A stretch of 64,000 nt of DNA from an uncultured SAR86 cluster bacterium (GCA_902578495.1 CACHCY010000001.1:262132-326131), one strand, 5' to 3'. Shown: positions 9,299-22,116, numbered from the stretch's first letter. The notes: generated by a model not told the origin, from the letters alone. Numbers and translations are program-made.

Positions 9299-12112
9299 AT
9301 GAAAAATATCGAAGTCAAAGGTGCTAAACAGCACAATCTTAAAAACATCGATGTAATAATTCCTCGAGATAAACTTACAGTTATTACAGGGCTTTCTGGA
9401 TCAGGAAAGTCTTCTTTAGCATTTGATACTTTATATGCTGAAGGTCAAAGAAGGTATGTTGAATCATTGTCTTCTTATGCAAGACAATTTTTGTCAGTTA
9501 TGGATAAGCCCGATGTTGATCATATAAATGGTTTGTCCCCCGCTATTTCAATAGAGCAAAAATCCACATCTCATAATCCAAGGTCTACAGTTGGGACTGT
9601 TACTGAAATATATGACTATTTGAGGCTGCTTTATGCAAGGGTCGGCACGCCTTTTTGTCCAGATCATGGAATCTCCCTTGAATCTCAAAGCATCGATCAG
9701 ATAGTCGATAAACTTTTTAAAGATGAGGAAAATGAGAGAGCTATTATCTTATGTCCTGTAGTAAGCCAACAAAAAGGTGAGCACTTAATCCTACTTAACG
9801 ACCTTAAGGTTCGAGGATTTATTAGGGCAAAAATTAATGGAGAAATCATTGATCTGGATAATCTCCCTCAACTTAATAAAAATAAAAAACATGATATTGA
9901 TATTGTCATTGATAGGCTATCTATTTCGAAGAAAAATAAATCAAGATTATCTGAATCAATAGAAACTGCGTTGAGAGAGTCAGATGGAATAGTAACTATC
10001 TCTTTCCTCGATGAATCTAAAAAAGACATAACATTTTCAACAAAAATGGCCTGCACCGAGTGTGGTTTCAGCATTGCTTCATTAGAACCTAGACTATTTT
10101 CTTTCAATAGCCCTTCTGGAGCTTGCGATGATTGCGATGGATTAGGTCAGAAGTCTCAAGTTGATAGAAGAAAAGTTATTGTGAGACCTGAATTAAGCTT
10201 AAATCAAGGGGCCATTGAGGGATGGGATTCAAGTCAGATGTATCATCACTATCTTCTCAACAGAGTAGCAAAACACTATGGCATTTCCTTGGACGAACCC
10301 TTCGAGGATTTATCTGAAAATATAAAAGAAAAAATACTGAATGGTAGTTCAGGGGAAATTATAGATTTTAGTTATGTTTCTAAAAGAGGGAATCTCAGAG
10401 AATCATTTAAACCTTTCGAAGGTGTGCTTAATAATATTGATAGAAGATTTAGAGAGAGTGAATCAGCTTTTTCTAGAGAGTATTTATCCAAATATATGAC
10501 CAATACTGTTTGTATGTCATGTGAAGGCTCAAGATTAAATAAAGAGGCAAGATCTGTGAAGATAGATGGTAAAGAGCTTTGGGATATAACAAACATGACC
10601 ATTGATGATTGCCTTAATTTTTTCAATAACTTGAATTTAAAGGGCAAAAAGGGAGCAATTGCAGAGAAGGTAGTAAAAGAGCTGAAAGAAAGATTAAAAT
10701 TTTTATCTGATGTCGGGCTTAATTATCTAACATTATCAAGAAGTGCCGAAACTTTGAGTGGAGGAGAAGCACAAAGAATAAGACTTGCCAGTCAAATAGG
10801 TGCTGGGCTCGTTGGAGTTACATACATTCTTGATGAACCATCAATTGGCCTTCACCAAAGAGATAATAAGAGACTTTTATCTACTTTGTTTAGATTAAAA
10901 GATTTAGGAAATACGGTTATCGTCGTTGAGCATGATAAAGAGACAATAGAATGTGCTGATCATATTATTGATATCGGTCCAGGGGCAGGTATTCATGGAG
11001 GGTTTGTCAGTTTTGCGGGCAATTATAAAGAAATCCTGAAACAAGAAAGTTCGTTAACCGGACAATATTTATCCGGGGAAAAAAATATTAAGATTGATAA
11101 ATTTGAGAAATCTGAAAAAGGTTCTCTTTGTATTAAGGGTTGCAATGGGAACAATCTCAAGAATGTTAATTTAAGTTTGCCTTTGGGAAAAATTATCAGC
11201 ATTACTGGAGTTTCGGGTTCTGGAAAATCTACGCTGATTAATCAAACTTTATATCCTGCTTTGGCAAATAAGATTCAAAAATCTAACTATGACTGTCAAG
11301 AATTTGAAAATATTTCAGGTGAAAAAAAATTAGATAAAATTATTGAGATTAGTCAGTCCCCAATAGGAAGGACTCCAAGATCAAATCCTGTTACTTACAC
11401 AGGAATATTCACGCCTATCAGAGAGCTGTTTTCAGAAACGGAAGAGGCAAGAGCTCGAGGCTATAAGCCAGGAAGGTTCAGCTTCAATGTTAAAGGTGGC
11501 AGATGTGAAACTTGTCAAGGAGATGGTTTAATTAAGGTAGAAATGCATTTTCTGCCGGACGTCTATGTTAAATGTGATGTTTGTGATGGAAAAAGATACA
11601 ACAAAGAAACGCTTGAGGTGAAATTCAAGGGGAAAAACATCTTTGAGGTTCTTGATATGAACGTTGAAGAATCCTTGAAATTTTTTGATTCGATTCCAAC
11701 CATCAAAAGAAAATTACAGACTCTTTATGATGTGGGATTGAGTTATATAAAAATTGGCCAGCCCGCTACAACGTTATCTGGAGGAGAAGCCCAAAGAGTA
11801 AAACTTGCTAAAGAGCTTGGCAAGGTAGCCACAGGGGATACTCTTTATCTATTAGACGAACCAACAACTGGTCTTCATTTCCATGATGTAAACCTACTAT
11901 TAAAAGTGATCAATAAATTGAATGAACAAGGCAATACTGTTGTCATTATCGAACATAACTTAGATGTGATTGTTAATTCTGATTGGATAATAGATCTTGG
12001 TCCAGAAGGCGGATCGGGTGGCGGAGAAATTATTGGAGAAGGAACTCCAGAAGAAATTTCAAAAATTAAAAAATCTCATACTGGGAGATTTCTGAAGGAA
12101 ATGTTGAATTAA
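9299..12112 (+). CDS. uvrA: Excinuclease ABC subunit A
   Basis: Two ABC cassettes ([26 protein letters not shown]) with zinc-finger Cys pairs; divergent from ssb. Confidence 0.99.
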   Translation: MKNIEVKGAKQHNLKNIDVIIPRDKLTVITGLSGSGKSSLAFDTLYAEGQRRYVESLSSYARQFLSVMDKPDVDHINGLSPAISIEQKSTSHNPRSTVGTVTEIYDYLRLLYARVGTPFCPDHGISLESQSIDQIVDKLFKDEENERAIILCPVVSQQKGEHLILLNDLKVRGFIRAKINGEIIDLDNLPQLNKNKKHDIDIVIDRLSISKKNKSRLSESIETALRESDGIVTISFLDESKKDITFSTKMACTECGFSIASLEPRLFSFNSPSGACDDCDGLGQKSQVDRRKVIVRPELSLNQGAIEGWDSSQMYHHYLLNRVAKHYGISLDEPFEDLSENIKEKILNGSSGEIIDFSYVSKRGNLRESFKPFEGVLNNIDRRFRESESAFSREYLSKYMTNTVCMSCEGSRLNKEARSVKIDGKELWDITNMTIDDCLNFFNNLNLKGKKGAIAEKVVKELKERLKFLSDVGLNYLTLSRSAETLSGGEAQRIRLASQIGAGLVGVTYILDEPSIGLHQRDNKRLLSTLFRLKDLGNTVIVVEHDKETIECADHIIDIGPGAGIHGGFVSFAGNYKEILKQESSLTGQYLSGEKNIKIDKFEKSEKGSLCIKGCNGNNLKNVNLSLPLGKIISITGVSGSGKSTLINQTLYPALANKIQKSNYDCQEFENISGEKKLDKIIEISQSPIGRTPRSNPVTYTGIFTPIRELFSETEEARARGYKPGRFSFNVKGGRCETCQGDGLIKVEMHFLPDVYVKCDVCDGKRYNKETLEVKFKGKNIFEVLDMNVEESLKFFDSIPTIKRKLQTLYDVGLSYIKIGQPATTLSGGEAQRVKLAKELGKVATGDTLYLLDEPTTGLHFHDVNLLLKVINKLNEQGNTVVIIEHNLDVIVNSDWIIDLGPEGGSGGGEIIGEGTPEEISKIKKSHTGRFLKEMLN

Positions 12113-12501
12113 TCTTCTTGAGATATCTCTTCAGAAGAATCCTCAGACTTATCGGTAAGCTCTACAAAAGCCATTGGGGCTGCGTCACCAGGTCTTGGTC
12201 CCATCTTAATGATTCTGAGATATCCGCCAGGTCTATCTTTAAATCTAGGTCCTAGGTCTGAAAAAAGTTTTCCAACCGCAGAATCATTTCTGAGTTTTGA
12301 AAAGGCTCTTCTTCTGTTAGCAACAGAATCTACTTTAGCCAATGTAACTAATGGCTCAAAGACACCTCTAAGTTCTTTTGCCTTTGGAACAGTGGTTTTT
12401 ATAGATTCAGTCTCAATCAAAGAAATGACCATGTTTTTAAACATAGCTTTTCTCTGATCGCTTGTGCGACCGAATTTTCTTCCTGTTTTTTGGTGTCTCA
12501 T
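12109..12501 (-). CDS. rplQ: 50S ribosomal protein L17
   Basis: [12 protein letters not shown] and RPGGYLRI. Confidence 0.99.
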   Translation of the reverse strand: MRHQKTGRKFGRTSDQRKAMFKNMVISLIETESIKTTVPKAKELRGVFEPLVTLAKVDSVANRRRAFSKLRNDSAVGKLFSDLGPRFKDRPGGYLRIIKMGPRPGDAAPMAFVELTDKSEDSSEEISQED

Positions 12502-12504
12502 CTA

Positions 12505-13497
12505 TTAACCTTCAACATTTGACGGGGGCCAATTCTCGAGCTCTAAACCTAAAGATAATCCTCTAGCTGCTAGAACTTCTTTGATTTCATTAAGTGACTT
12601 TCTACCTAGATTAGGAGTTCTTAAAAGATCAGATTCCTTTCGGGTTACTAAGTCTCCAATATAATGGATCTTTTCTACTTTTAAACAATTGGCTGATCTC
12701 ACTGTTAATTCAAGTTCATCTACAGGCCTCAGCATAATTGGATCAACAGGAGGAGTTTCATCTTCCTCTGGTTCTTCGGTTTCAAACCCTAATTCAGCAA
12801 AAGCCATTAATTGTCTTTGCAAGATAGTCGCTGCTAACCTCACAATCTCTTCAGGATCGATTGTTCCATTGGTTTCAACCTCAAGAATAAGCTTGTCTAG
12901 GTCAGTTCTATTTTCTACCCTTGCATTTTCAACTGAATAAGAAACTTTTTTAATTGGACTGTATGAAGCATCAATCTTTAGTGAGCCAACCTCAGTATCT
13001 TCGCTCTCGGCCAAAGCGATGATATCTACAGGAACATAACCTCTGCCCTTGGTAACTTTTACCGTCATCTCGAGAGAGCCTTTGTCAGCGAGAGTAGCAA
13101 CTACATGATCAGGATTTACAATCTCAACTCCAGCAGGAAGTTCAAAATCACTACCTTTGATATCTCCTGATCCTGACTTATTCACTGATATTTCGACTTC
13201 TTCTTGATCTGAAAGTCTTACAGAAAGACCTTTTAAATTTAAAAGGATATTAATGACATCCTCTTTAACTCCATCAATAGAGCCAAACTCGTGGAGAACC
13301 CCATTAATTTTTGCTTCAGAAACCGCCGCACCGGGGATTGAAGATAAAATTATCCTTCTAAGAGCATTTCCCAAGGTATGTCCAAAGCCTCTTTCAAGAG
13401 GTTCTAATACTATTTTTGAATTGTTTGAATCAACTTCTTCTACCAAAATTTCTTTGGGAGTTAAGAAGTCTTTGATCATATCGAAATTATCTGTCAT
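12505..13497 (-). CDS. rpoA: RNA polymerase alpha subunit
   Basis: [36 protein letters not shown]. Confidence 0.99.
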   Translation of the reverse strand: MTDNFDMIKDFLTPKEILVEEVDSNNSKIVLEPLERGFGHTLGNALRRIILSSIPGAAVSEAKINGVLHEFGSIDGVKEDVINILLNLKGLSVRLSDQEEVEISVNKSGSGDIKGSDFELPAGVEIVNPDHVVATLADKGSLEMTVKVTKGRGYVPVDIIALAESEDTEVGSLKIDASYSPIKKVSYSVENARVENRTDLDKLILEVETNGTIDPEEIVRLAATILQRQLMAFAELGFETEEPEEDETPPVDPIMLRPVDELELTVRSANCLKVEKIHYIGDLVTRKESDLLRTPNLGRKSLNEIKEVLAARGLSLGLELENWPPSNVEG

Positions 13498-13515
13498 GGA
13501 ATATCCTCTTTAAAA

Positions 13516-14136
13516 TTATCTTGAATAGAGCTCAACAATAAAACTTTCATTAATTTCACTGCTAAGCAAATCTCTGTCTGGAGTATTTTTGTAAATGCCT
13601 GAAAAGGTATCGTGGTTAACCTCAATCCATTCACAAGGCTCTCTTGTTTTAAAAATCTCAAAAGATTGAGAAATTCTTTTTTGATCTCTTGATTTCTCAG
13701 AAATACTTATCTCGTCTCCTTCAGCTACTTGATAAGAAGGAATGTTTACTTTTTTTCCATTAACCAAAACTGACTTATGATTAACCAATTGTCTTGCTTC
13801 GGCACGAGTAGCAGCAAATCCCATTCTATAGACCACGTTATCTAATCTAGCCTCCAGAAATTGAAGGAGATTTATTCCTGTCTCACCCCTGCTACTGGCT
13901 GCAGCCTTGTAGTAATTTCTAAATTGTCTTTCTAAAACTCCATACATTCTTTTTACTTTTTGCTTTTCTCTCAACTGCAAACCATAGTCTGAAGTTCTTA
14001 TTCTTTTTGCTCCATGGTGCCCAGGAGGATTTTCAGATCTGATTTTGGATTCGTATGACCTATATCCACTTGTTAAAAGCAGATCAGTCCCTTCCCTACG
14101 AGATAATTTATTTCTTGGTCCTGTATATCTTGCCAC
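13516..14136 (-). CDS. rpsD: 30S ribosomal protein S4
   Basis: GTG start at 14136 (MARYTGP); [10 protein letters not shown] and RLDNVVYR. Confidence 0.98.
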   Translation of the reverse strand: MARYTGPRNKLSRREGTDLLLTSGYRSYESKIRSENPPGHHGAKRIRTSDYGLQLREKQKVKRMYGVLERQFRNYYKAAASSRGETGINLLQFLEARLDNVVYRMGFAATRAEARQLVNHKSVLVNGKKVNIPSYQVAEGDEISISEKSRDQKRISQSFEIFKTREPCEWIEVNHDTFSGIYKNTPDRDLLSSEINESFIVELYSR

Positions 14137-14137
14137 T

Positions 14138-14524
14138 TTACACCCTTCTCCTTTTTGGAGGACGACACCCATTGTGAGGAATAGGAGTTACATCCGAAAT
14201 TTTTGTAATCTTAAATCCGCAACCATTCAAAGCTCTTACCGCTGATTCTCGACCTGCTCCAGGTCCGGAAACTTCAATTTCCAAATTGTTTATTCCGAAG
14301 TTTTTAGCAGCATCTCCAGCTTTGGAAGCTGCTACCTGAGCCGCAAAAGGAGTACTTTTTCTTGATCCTTTAAAACCTGATCCACCAGCACTAGCCCAAG
14401 TTAAAGTATTTCCCTGTTTGTCCGTGATATTGATGATGGTGTTATTAAATGTAGCGTATATATGCGCAACAGCATCGTTGTAAGTTCGGCTATTTTTTTT
14501 AGATTTTGTCCCTTGTTTTGCCAT
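14138..14524 (-). CDS. rpsK: 30S ribosomal protein S11
   Basis: [11 protein letters not shown] and [13 protein letters not shown]. Confidence 0.99.
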   Translation of the reverse strand: MAKQGTKSKKNSRTYNDAVAHIYATFNNTIINITDKQGNTLTWASAGGSGFKGSRKSTPFAAQVAASKAGDAAKNFGINNLEIEVSGPGAGRESAVRALNGCGFKITKISDVTPIPHNGCRPPKRRRV

Positions 14525-14526
14525 AT

Positions 14527-14883
14527 TTATCTTCTAATAGGTTTTCTAGGCCCTTTTCTGGTTCTAGCGTTAGTTTTTGTTCTTTGTCCTCTAACAGGTA
14601 AATGTTTCCTGTGTCTTATTCCTCTCAAAGTTCCTAAATCCATAAGTCTTTTTATATTGGTACTTATTTCTCTTCTTAAATCTCCTTCAACAAGAAACTC
14701 ATTTACAGCTTTTCGAAGTTTTTCTAAATCTTCTTCGCTTAAACTTCCAATCAAAGAAGTTTTTTCAATGCCCAATTGATCACAAATAGACAACGCTCTC
14801 GTTCTGCCGATACCAAAAATATGAGTTAAAGAAACCCAAGCTTGTTTTTTATCTGGAATATTTACACCTGCTACCCTAGCCAT
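14527..14883 (-). CDS. rpsM: 30S ribosomal protein S13
   Basis: [10 protein letters not shown] and [16 protein letters not shown]. Confidence 0.99.
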   Translation of the reverse strand: MARVAGVNIPDKKQAWVSLTHIFGIGRTRALSICDQLGIEKTSLIGSLSEEDLEKLRKAVNEFLVEGDLRREISTNIKRLMDLGTLRGIRHRKHLPVRGQRTKTNARTRKGPRKPIRR

Positions 14884-14888
14884 ATTTA

Positions 14889-15005
14889 TTACCCCTGCCT
14901 CTGTTTGTGTCTTGGTTCATTGCTACAGATAACAAAAACGGTGCCGTGTCTTTTGATTATCTTGCAATCCTTACACATTTTTTTTACTGAAGCTCTTACT
15001 TTCAT
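14889..15005 (-). CDS. rpmJ: 50S ribosomal protein L36 (zinc-ribbon form; missed by ORF track)
   Basis: Manual translation [38 protein letters not shown]; lies between secY and rpsM. Confidence 0.98.
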   Translation of the reverse strand: MKVRASVKKMCKDCKIIKRHGTVFVICSNEPRHKQRQG

Positions 15006-15007
15006 AA

Positions 15008-16315
15008 TTACCTTTTATAATTTTTTAAATTAGCTTTTTTCATTAAAGACTCATATTGACTAGATAAAAGGTGCGATTGTACCTGAGCCATGAAGTCCAT
15101 GACTACTACCACAGCAATTAAAAGTGATGTTCCCCCAAGATAAAAAGGTACATTAGCAGAGACAATTAAGAATTGAGGAAGTAAACATACTGCAATCATG
15201 TATATTGATCCCCACACTGTTAATCTAGACATTACACTGTCAATATAGCCTTCTGTTTGATCGCCAGGCCTTATTCCAGGTAAGAATCCTCCAGATCTTT
15301 TAAGATTATCTGAAATATCTTTTGCTGGAAATTGAATGGCGGTGTAAAAGAAACAGAAATAAGCAATCAAAACTGCAAAAACTATTACATACAAGGGTTG
15401 CCCAGGGCTTAAAGCCAAAGATATTTCTTGCAACCACTCAAAACCTTCAGATTGTCCAAACCAAGTACTAATTGAGGCTGGAAAAAGAACTATCGATGAA
15501 GCAAAGATCGCAGGAATTACTCCTGACATATTTACTTTCAATGGAACATGAGAAGTTTGGCCCATAGCCATCTGGTTACCGATTTGTCTCTTAGCATAAT
15601 TAACCGAAACTCTTCTTTGCGCCCTTTCTACCCAAACAATAAAAGCAATAGCCAATATTGCAAGAAGAGCAACAGATAAAAGTACAATTAAGTTGATTTC
15701 TCCTTGTCTGGCTCCCTCAAATGACTGGCCTATTGCTCTTGGCAATCCAGAAACAATACTGGCAAAAATAATAAGAGATATTCCATTTCCGATGCCTCTC
15801 TCATTGACCTGTTCCCCAAGCCATACCAAAAACATTGTTCCAGTAACAAAAGAAATAACTGCAGTAACGATGAACATATTTCCAGGAGTGCTAGCTAGCC
15901 CTTGACTCGATAATGCTATCGCAAAACCACTCGATTGAATGATTGCAAGCCCTAAAGTACCCAGGCGAACATAGTTGGTCCTTTTTCTTCTTCCAACTTC
16001 TCCTTCCTGTCTAAACATTTTTTTAAGGCTTGGAGTTGTTGCCTCTAATAGATTCATCACAATAGCAGCAGTGATGTAAGGAACAACATTTAAAGCCATG
16101 ATGCTCATTCTTTCTAAAGCACCTCCAGAAAACATATTAAATAAGCCTAGAAGAGTTCCTTGATTTTGATCAAATAAAGAAGAAAGTTTCATAGGATCAA
16201 TGCCTGGAACAGGAATATGAGTTCCAATCCTGTAAATGATTATTGCGTAAAGAACAAATCTAAGCCTTGCCCAAAGTTCAGACAATCCAGATGATTTGGC
16301 TGGGTTTCTAGCCAC
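15008..16315 (-). CDS. secY: Preprotein translocase subunit SecY
   Basis: GTG start; [30 protein letters not shown]. Confidence 0.99.
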   Translation of the reverse strand: MARNPAKSSGLSELWARLRFVLYAIIIYRIGTHIPVPGIDPMKLSSLFDQNQGTLLGLFNMFSGGALERMSIMALNVVPYITAAIVMNLLEATTPSLKKMFRQEGEVGRRKRTNYVRLGTLGLAIIQSSGFAIALSSQGLASTPGNMFIVTAVISFVTGTMFLVWLGEQVNERGIGNGISLIIFASIVSGLPRAIGQSFEGARQGEINLIVLLSVALLAILAIAFIVWVERAQRRVSVNYAKRQIGNQMAMGQTSHVPLKVNMSGVIPAIFASSIVLFPASISTWFGQSEGFEWLQEISLALSPGQPLYVIVFAVLIAYFCFFYTAIQFPAKDISDNLKRSGGFLPGIRPGDQTEGYIDSVMSRLTVWGSIYMIAVCLLPQFLIVSANVPFYLGGTSLLIAVVVVMDFMAQVQSHLLSSQYESLMKKANLKNYKR

Positions 16316-16745
16316 TTATAATTTCTCCACCTAGTTTATTAATTAATTCCTCAACAGATTTAGAAACGGATAAACCCTCAATTTTCACTGTTTTTGTCAA
16401 TTCGCCGCCGTTAATGATCTTCACTTTTTTTATCTTGTTTGAAATGATTTTATTTTTCTTCAAAACCTCTAAAGTAATATGATCTTCAGCAAGCTTTTCT
16501 ATATCTCTGAGTTTTATATGTGTACTGTATGGTTTTTGTCTAGAAGTGAATCCAAACTTTGGAAGTCTTTGTTGGATAGGCATTTGACCTCCCTCAAATC
16601 CAGGTCTTATTGAAGCTCCAGATCTTGCCTTTTGACCTTTATGACCTCTTCCTGATGTTTTTCCTGAGCCAGATCCTGTTCCTCTACCAATACGCTTAGA
16701 GACTTTATTTTTGTTTGTTCTTTGAAGGTTATTAAGTTTTAGCAT
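16308..16745 (-). CDS. rplO: 50S ribosomal protein L15
   Basis: GRGTGSGSGKTSGRGHKGQKAR and FEGGQMP. Confidence 0.99.
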   Translation of the reverse strand: MLKLNNLQRTNKNKVSKRIGRGTGSGSGKTSGRGHKGQKARSGASIRPGFEGGQMPIQQRLPKFGFTSRQKPYSTHIKLRDIEKLAEDHITLEVLKKNKIISNKIKKVKIINGGELTKTVKIEGLSVSKSVEELINKLGGEIISG

Positions 16746-16928
16746 TTAATCTAAGACCTCCAGCAGATGATGAGCTTTCTTGATCATACCTAGATTTTCA
16801 GGCGTGTTTTGAACCTCAACTACTTGATTAATTTTTTTTAATCCCAGTCCTCTTACGGAGAGCCTCTGATTTTTCATCGAGCCTGCTAAACCTCTCTTTA
16901 ATTTAACTCTAATCATTTCGTTAGACAT
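16746..16928 (-). CDS. rpmD: 50S ribosomal protein L30
   Basis: GLGLKKINQVVE; position between rpsE and rplO. Confidence 0.95.
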   Translation of the reverse strand: MSNEMIRVKLKRGLAGSMKNQRLSVRGLGLKKINQVVEVQNTPENLGMIKKAHHLLEVLD

Positions 16929-16937
16929 TTCTTCCTC

Positions 16938-17420
16938 TTAAGATCTCCTTTCTGCAACCTGTTCCGGTGATTCAACGCTTGCTAATCCCTTCACAGTTGC
17001 TCTAACAACATTAATAGGATTGGTTGAGCCATATGTTTTAGCTAATACATCTTTAATGCCAGCTAACTCAAGGACAGCTCGCATCGCACCCCCTGCAATG
17101 ACTCCAGTACCTGGTGAAGCCGGTTGCATATAAACAGTGGAACTTCCATGAGTTGATTTAACCGGGTAATGGAGAGTAGAACCTTTAAGTTCAATCTTGA
17201 TCATGTTTTTTCTGGCATTTTCTAATGCTTTTTGAATGGCCATAGGAACTTCTCTGGCCTTTCCTCTTCCGAAACCAACCTTGCCAGCTCCATCTCCTAC
17301 CACAGTAAGAGCTGTGAACCCAAAGATTCTTCCGCCTTTTACAACTTTTGCTACTCTATTAACTCCTACAAGTTTTTCTTCTAGAGCTTCATTACTAAAC
17401 TGATCTATATTTTCTTCCAT
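16938..17420 (-). CDS. rpsE: 30S ribosomal protein S5
   Basis: [16 protein letters not shown] and GTGVIAGG. Confidence 0.99.
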   Translation of the reverse strand: MEENIDQFSNEALEEKLVGVNRVAKVVKGGRIFGFTALTVVGDGAGKVGFGRGKAREVPMAIQKALENARKNMIKIELKGSTLHYPVKSTHGSSTVYMQPASPGTGVIAGGAMRAVLELAGIKDVLAKTYGSTNPINVVRATVKGLASVESPEQVAERRS

Positions 17421-17426
17421 AATTCC

Positions 17427-17777
17427 TCAAAATTCTAAGCCCGCTTCACGCGCAGATTCTGCCAAACTCTTTACACGACCATGATATTTATATCCCGATC
17501 TATCAAACGTAACCTTTTTAATTCCTTTCTCGATAGCTCTTTTAGCAACCAATTCTCCAACTTTTTTTGCGGCTTCTTGATTTCCACCTTTATCAAGCTT
17601 TGCTTCTTTATCTGCAGAAGAGGCATGAGCAAGCACTTCTTTTCCATCAGGAGAAAAAACCTGAGCATAAATCTGGTTGTTGGATCTAAAAATAGATAGC
17701 CTATGATTACTCATTTCTTTAGTCTTAGATCTGAGTTTCCTAGATCTTCTTTGTCTCGCAGTAAATTTATCACTCAT
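17427..17777 (-). CDS. rplR: 50S ribosomal protein L18
   Basis: [12 protein letters not shown] and AREAGLEF. Confidence 0.98.
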   Translation of the reverse strand: MSDKFTARQRRSRKLRSKTKEMSNHRLSIFRSNNQIYAQVFSPDGKEVLAHASSADKEAKLDKGGNQEAAKKVGELVAKRAIEKGIKKVTFDRSGYKYHGRVKSLAESAREAGLEF

Positions 17778-17779
17778 GC

Positions 17780-18313
17780 TTAAGCCTTCTTAGATTCTTT
17801 TCGTTTAATTCTTTCTTCGGCATATTTAACCCCTTTTCCTTTATAAGGTTCTGGGGGTCTAAATGATCTAATTTTTGCAGCGGTTTCTCCTAAAAGTTGT
17901 TTATTAGCTGACTTTAAAATAACTTCAGTTTGAGAAGGCACGTCGGCGTTTACCCCTTCAGGCAGTTGATAAATCACTGGATGAGAGAATCCCAGAGAGA
18001 GTTCCAATTTATCTCCAGAAAGCTTTGCTCTATAACCAACGCCATTAATTTCTAATTTTTTTTCAAAACCGTGAGAAACTCCTTTGATCATATTTATTGC
18101 TAAAGCCCTCATTGTCCCAACCATTGCGATAGATACCTTTGTTTCTTCTTTAGGAGAAAATAGTAGTTCTTTCTCGGGAGCGGAAGCCATTACTGATGGA
18201 TGAATAGCCATAGTTAAGTCTCCGTTCTTGCCCGAAACTTTAAGTAAGTTTTCAACAAGGGATATTTCTATACCTTCTTGAATTAGAATTGGTCTTTCAG
18301 TGTTTCTAGCCAT
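17780..18313 (-). CDS. rplF: 50S ribosomal protein L6
   Basis: [25 protein letters not shown]. Confidence 0.99.
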   Translation of the reverse strand: MARNTERPILIQEGIEISLVENLLKVSGKNGDLTMAIHPSVMASAPEKELLFSPKEETKVSIAMVGTMRALAINMIKGVSHGFEKKLEINGVGYRAKLSGDKLELSLGFSHPVIYQLPEGVNADVPSQTEVILKSANKQLLGETAAKIRSFRPPEPYKGKGVKYAEERIKRKESKKA

Positions 18314-18315
18314 AA

Positions 18316-18711
18316 TTAAAATACAGTGCAGATTAATTCTCCGCCTACCCCATGCTCTCTAGCTTCTTTGTCTGTCAAAACTCCTTTGCTTGTTGTAATG
18401 ATTCCAACCCCTAAACCATTTCTGACTGAAGGAATTTCTTTTGATGAAAAGTATTTTCTTAATCCAGGTTTACTTATCCTTTTCAATTCTCTGATAACCG
18501 GCGACTCTTGATGGTATTTGAGTGAAACTAAAATAGTTTTTTTGCTCTCCTCACCCTCAATCTTAAAAGATGATATAAATCCTTCTTTCTCTAGGACTGA
18601 GCAAATGGCATTTTTAATTTTGGAGGATGAAAAACTTACCGTTGCATGCCCTCTAGCTTGAGCATTCATCACTCTAGAAATCATGTCAGAAATTGGATCT
18701 TGCATACTCAT
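18316..18711 (-). CDS. rpsH: 30S ribosomal protein S8
   Basis: MSMQDPISDM, SKPGLR, GGELIC. Confidence 0.99.
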   Translation of the reverse strand: MSMQDPISDMISRVMNAQARGHATVSFSSSKIKNAICSVLEKEGFISSFKIEGEESKKTILVSLKYHQESPVIRELKRISKPGLRKYFSSKEIPSVRNGLGVGIITTSKGVLTDKEAREHGVGGELICTVF

Positions 18712-18720
18712 TGATAACCT

Positions 18721-19026
18721 CTACCAACTTGATTTAACTAATCCTGGAACATCTCCATTCATAGCCAATTCTCTTAATTTATTTCTTGAAAGGCCAAACC
18801 TTCTGTAAACAGCGTGTGGTCTTCCTGTTATTTGACATCTTCTTTGGAGACGAACAGGACTTGCATCTCTTGGAAGTTTTTGAAGTTTTAATCTTGCCTC
18901 ATATCTATCTTCATCAGATATATTCATATCTGAGATAACTTTTTTAAGCTCCTCTCTTTTTTTTGCAAACTTTTGAACCATCTTGATTCTTTTGTTCTCT
19001 CTAGCAATCATTGAAACTTTAGCCAT
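18721..19026 (-). CDS. rpsN: 30S ribosomal protein S14 (long, zinc-free type)
   Basis: [27 protein letters not shown]. Confidence 0.99.
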   Translation of the reverse strand: MAKVSMIARENKRIKMVQKFAKKREELKKVISDMNISDEDRYEARLKLQKLPRDASPVRLQRRCQITGRPHAVYRRFGLSRNKLRELAMNGDVPGLVKSSW

Positions 19027-19036
19027 AATTTTTCCT

Positions 19037-19579
19037 TTAGCTTTTAAATGGGAAGTTTAATTTTGATAATAGGGCAAAACCTTCACTATCATTATTGGCG
19101 GAGGTTGTAATACAAATATCCATACCGAGTATTTTTTCTACTTTGTCATAATCAATTTCAGGGAAGATAATGTGTTCTTTTATCCCCAATGAGTAATTAC
19201 CTTGACCGTCGAAAGATTTAGGATTCAATCCTCTAAAATCTCTTTCCCTTGGAATTGCTATAGACAACAACCTATCTAAAAATTCATACATTCTGTTACC
19301 TCTTAAAGTAACTTTGCATCCAATTGGAAATCCTTCTCTTATTTTAAAGCTGGCAACTGACTTCCTTACAAAAGTCTTTATAGGTTTTTGACCTGCAATT
19401 AATTCAAGATCCGCAATAGCATCGTCAACTGATTTTCGATTATTAAGTGCATCTGGTCCTAACCCCATATTTACTGTGACCTTTGTAATTTTGGGGACAG
19501 CCATGGAGCTTTTAAAGCCAAGCTCATCTTTAAGTGAACTGATGACGTTATCCTGATAGTTTGTTTTAGTAATAGACAT
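19037..19579 (-). CDS. rplE: 50S ribosomal protein L5
   Basis: FKIREG, RDFRGL, FDGQGNY. Confidence 0.99.
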   Translation of the reverse strand: MSITKTNYQDNVISSLKDELGFKSSMAVPKITKVTVNMGLGPDALNNRKSVDDAIADLELIAGQKPIKTFVRKSVASFKIREGFPIGCKVTLRGNRMYEFLDRLLSIAIPRERDFRGLNPKSFDGQGNYSLGIKEHIIFPEIDYDKVEKILGMDICITTSANNDSEGFALLSKLNFPFKS

Positions 19580-19581
19580 TC

Positions 19582-19893
19582 CTATTTAACTTCCTTATTT
19601 GTTGATTTAGAAACTCTGATCTTTCCTTTTTTTTCATCTAATTTAATTTCTAATTTGTCTTTCTTTTTTGTGCTGCTGTTGTAAAAAGAAATATTAGATA
19701 TATTAATAAAGGACTCCTTTTCTATAATCCCTCCAGGTTCATTGATTTGAGGATTTGGTTTTACGTGTTTTTTTACTAGTTTTATTCCAGACACTAAACA
19801 CCTATCGCCTTTAATTTTAGTTAGAGTTCCAGTTTTTCCTTTATCTTTTCCAGATATCACAATCACTTCATCACCAGTTTTTAATTTATTCAT
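19582..19893 (-). CDS. rplX: 50S ribosomal protein L24
   Basis: KOW motif [16 protein letters not shown]; GGIIEKE. Confidence 0.98.
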   Translation of the reverse strand: MNKLKTGDEVIVISGKDKGKTGTLTKIKGDRCLVSGIKLVKKHVKPNPQINEPGGIIEKESFINISNISFYNSSTKKKDKLEIKLDEKKGKIRVSKSTNKEVK

Positions 19894-20261
19894 TAGATTA
19901 CCTCTGGTGCTAGAGAAATTATTTTCATGAAATTATTAGATCTCAGCTCTCTGGAAACAGGACCAAAAATCCTTGTTCCAATTGGTTGCTGTTGGTTATT
20001 TATGAGCACTGCTGCATTGTCATCAAATCTAACGATTGATCCATCTTCTCTGCGAATATCTTTTTTAGTTCTGACTACAACTGCATCTGCAACCTGACCT
20101 TTCTTTACCCTGCCTGTTGGGATGGCTTCTTTGATTGCCACTTTGATAACGTCGCCAACTCTTGCGTAACGTCTTTTAGATCCACCAAGTACTTTGATAC
20201 ACATCACTTTTCTGGCACCACTGTTATCAGCAACATCTAGGATAGTTTCTGTTTGAATCAT
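19893..20261 (-). CDS. rplN: 50S ribosomal protein L14
   Basis: [23 protein letters not shown]. Confidence 0.99.
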   Translation of the reverse strand: MIQTETILDVADNSGARKVMCIKVLGGSKRRYARVGDVIKVAIKEAIPTGRVKKGQVADAVVVRTKKDIRREDGSIVRFDDNAAVLINNQQQPIGTRIFGPVSRELRSNNFMKIISLAPEVI

Positions 20262-20515
20262 GACTTAGCCTCTTTGAGTATTTCTACCAAAGTCCACGAT
20301 TTTGTTTTTGAAATTGGTCGACATTCCTTGATAGTTACTTTGTCCCCAAGAGAACAAACATTTGCCTCATCATGAAAACTGATCTTCGAGGATCTTCTAA
20401 TTATTTTTCCTAATTTAGGGTGTTTAACTTTTCTGTCTATTCTTGCAACTGCAGTTTTGTCAGAATTACAACTTACAACCATTCCAGTCATTGTTCTTAT
20501 TGCTTTATCAGACAT
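20258..20515 (-). CDS. rpsQ: 30S ribosomal protein S17
   Basis: [11 protein letters not shown]; ATG at 20515 is the more likely start. Confidence 0.97.
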   Translation of the reverse strand: MSDKAIRTMTGMVVSCNSDKTAVARIDRKVKHPKLGKIIRRSSKISFHDEANVCSLGDKVTIKECRPISKTKSWTLVEILKEAKS

Positions 20516-20702
20516 TTGAAACCTCAAGTTGTTTAAGCTGTTTAAGCGAAGTCAAAATTCTTGCAACTGCCTTTTTTTTCTCTTTTAAAAGGTGTGTCTG
20601 CTGAAGAGAAGCAGATGAACTCTTTAGTTTAAGATCTAATAGTTCAGATCTAGTTTTCTCTAGATCCTTTATTAAATCAGCATGAGATGGATTTTTAGCC
20701 AT
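20508..20702 (-). CDS. rpmC: 50S ribosomal protein L29 (divergent)
   Basis: Position between rplP and rpsQ; [16 protein letters not shown] resembles the L29 C-terminal motif. Confidence 0.9.
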   Translation of the reverse strand: MAKNPSHADLIKDLEKTRSELLDLKLKSSSASLQQTHLLKEKKKAVARILTSLKQLKQLEVSNV

Positions 20703-21115
20703 TAGATAACCTTCCTAGAGATAAATTGAGTTGAAACAGGAAGTTTTGCAGCTGCTAGAGAAAAAGCTTCCCTGGCCAAAGCTTCGTCAACACCTTCCAT
20801 TTCATAAAGTATTTTTCCTGGTTTAATTGGCGAAACCCAATACTCTACGTTTCCTTTTCCTTTTCCTTGCCTAACTTCAAGAGGTTTTTTGGTAATTGGT
20901 TTGTCGGGAAAAATTCTAATCCAGATTTTTGCTCCACGTTTTACGTGTCTAGTCATGGCTCTTCTTGCAGCCTCAATTTGACGAGATGTTATTTGACCTC
21001 TTGACGTAGCTTTTAAACCAAATGTACCGAAATCTAAAGAATTAGCTCTCTGTGCAAGGCCTCGATTTCGACCTTTCATTTGCTTTCTATATTTAGTCCT
21101 TTTTGGCTGAAACAT
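20702..21115 (-). CDS. rplP: 50S ribosomal protein L16
   Basis: [10 protein letters not shown] and [14 protein letters not shown]. Confidence 0.99.
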   Translation of the reverse strand: MFQPKRTKYRKQMKGRNRGLAQRANSLDFGTFGLKATSRGQITSRQIEAARRAMTRHVKRGAKIWIRIFPDKPITKKPLEVRQGKGKGNVEYWVSPIKPGKILYEMEGVDEALAREAFSLAAAKLPVSTQFISRKVI

Positions 21116-21774
21116 TAGCTTTCCTTATCCTTTTCTTTGACTTTTTTATCTATTAATTCGCCTCTAAATATCCATACCTTCACACCAATAATCCCATAAG
21201 TAGTTTTAGCTTCGGCCAGGCCGTAATCGACATCTGCTCTTAATGTATGAAGAGGCACTCTCCCTTCTTTATGCCACTCAGATCTAGCAATTTCCGCTCC
21301 ACCTAATCTACCTGAAACTTTGATTTTTACGCCAAGCGCTCCCTGTCTCATGGTGTTTTGAGCTGCCCTCTTCATGACCCTTCGAAACATAGCCCTTTTT
21401 TCAAGTTGCAGTGCTATGTTTGCCCCAACTAGCTGAGCATCGAGATCAGGTTTTCTTATTTCTTGAATATTCAGACTAACCGGTACATTCATGATTTGCG
21501 TTAGCTTCTCTCTTAATCGATCGATATCTTCGCCTCGTTTACCGATAATCATTCCAGGTCTTGCAGTGTGGATTGTGACTTTTGCGCTTTGAGCAGGCCT
21601 TTCTATGTGGACTTTGCTAACAAATGCGTTATCAAGTTCTTTTTTTAGAAACTCTCTAACTTGAAAATCATTAAAAAGAATCTCTCTATATTTATCTTTT
21701 TCAGCAAACCATACAGAGTTATGATCTCTGGAGATGCCTAATCTGATTCCAATTGGATTAACTTTTTGTCCCAC
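21115..21774 (-). CDS. rpsC: 30S ribosomal protein S3
   Basis: GTG start, [12 protein letters not shown]; [10 protein letters not shown]. Confidence 0.99.
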   Translation of the reverse strand: MGQKVNPIGIRLGISRDHNSVWFAEKDKYREILFNDFQVREFLKKELDNAFVSKVHIERPAQSAKVTIHTARPGMIIGKRGEDIDRLREKLTQIMNVPVSLNIQEIRKPDLDAQLVGANIALQLEKRAMFRRVMKRAAQNTMRQGALGVKIKVSGRLGGAEIARSEWHKEGRVPLHTLRADVDYGLAEAKTTYGIIGVKVWIFRGELIDKKVKEKDKES

Positions 21775-21783
21775 TTATTCTCC

Positions 21784-22116
21784 TTAATTACTTAGTTTTA
21801 GGTTTATATGGCATGTCTTTTTTTCGATACGATCTGCCCTTCCTCGAGCTCTTGCCCTTATTCTTTTCATGATCAAGGCTTCATCAACAGAAATATGGCT
21901 AACAAATAAAGTATCAATATCTAAACCATAATTATTTTCTGCAGAAGAAATAGCTGAGTCCAAAAGTTTTTTTAAATTTCTAGAACCAGACTTTGGACTA
22001 AAAGTAAGAATATCCAATGCCTCATCAACTTTTTTGCCACGAATTTGATCTGCCAATAGTCTTATCTTTGAAGCTGAAGACTTAAATCTGGATAATTTTG
22101 CCGATACTTCTGTCAT
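21784..22116 (-). CDS. rplV: 50S ribosomal protein L22
   Basis: ADQIRGK and RARGRADRI. Confidence 0.98.
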   Translation of the reverse strand: MTEVSAKLSRFKSSASKIRLLADQIRGKKVDEALDILTFSPKSGSRNLKKLLDSAISSAENNYGLDIDTLFVSHISVDEALIMKRIRARARGRADRIEKKTCHINLKLSN

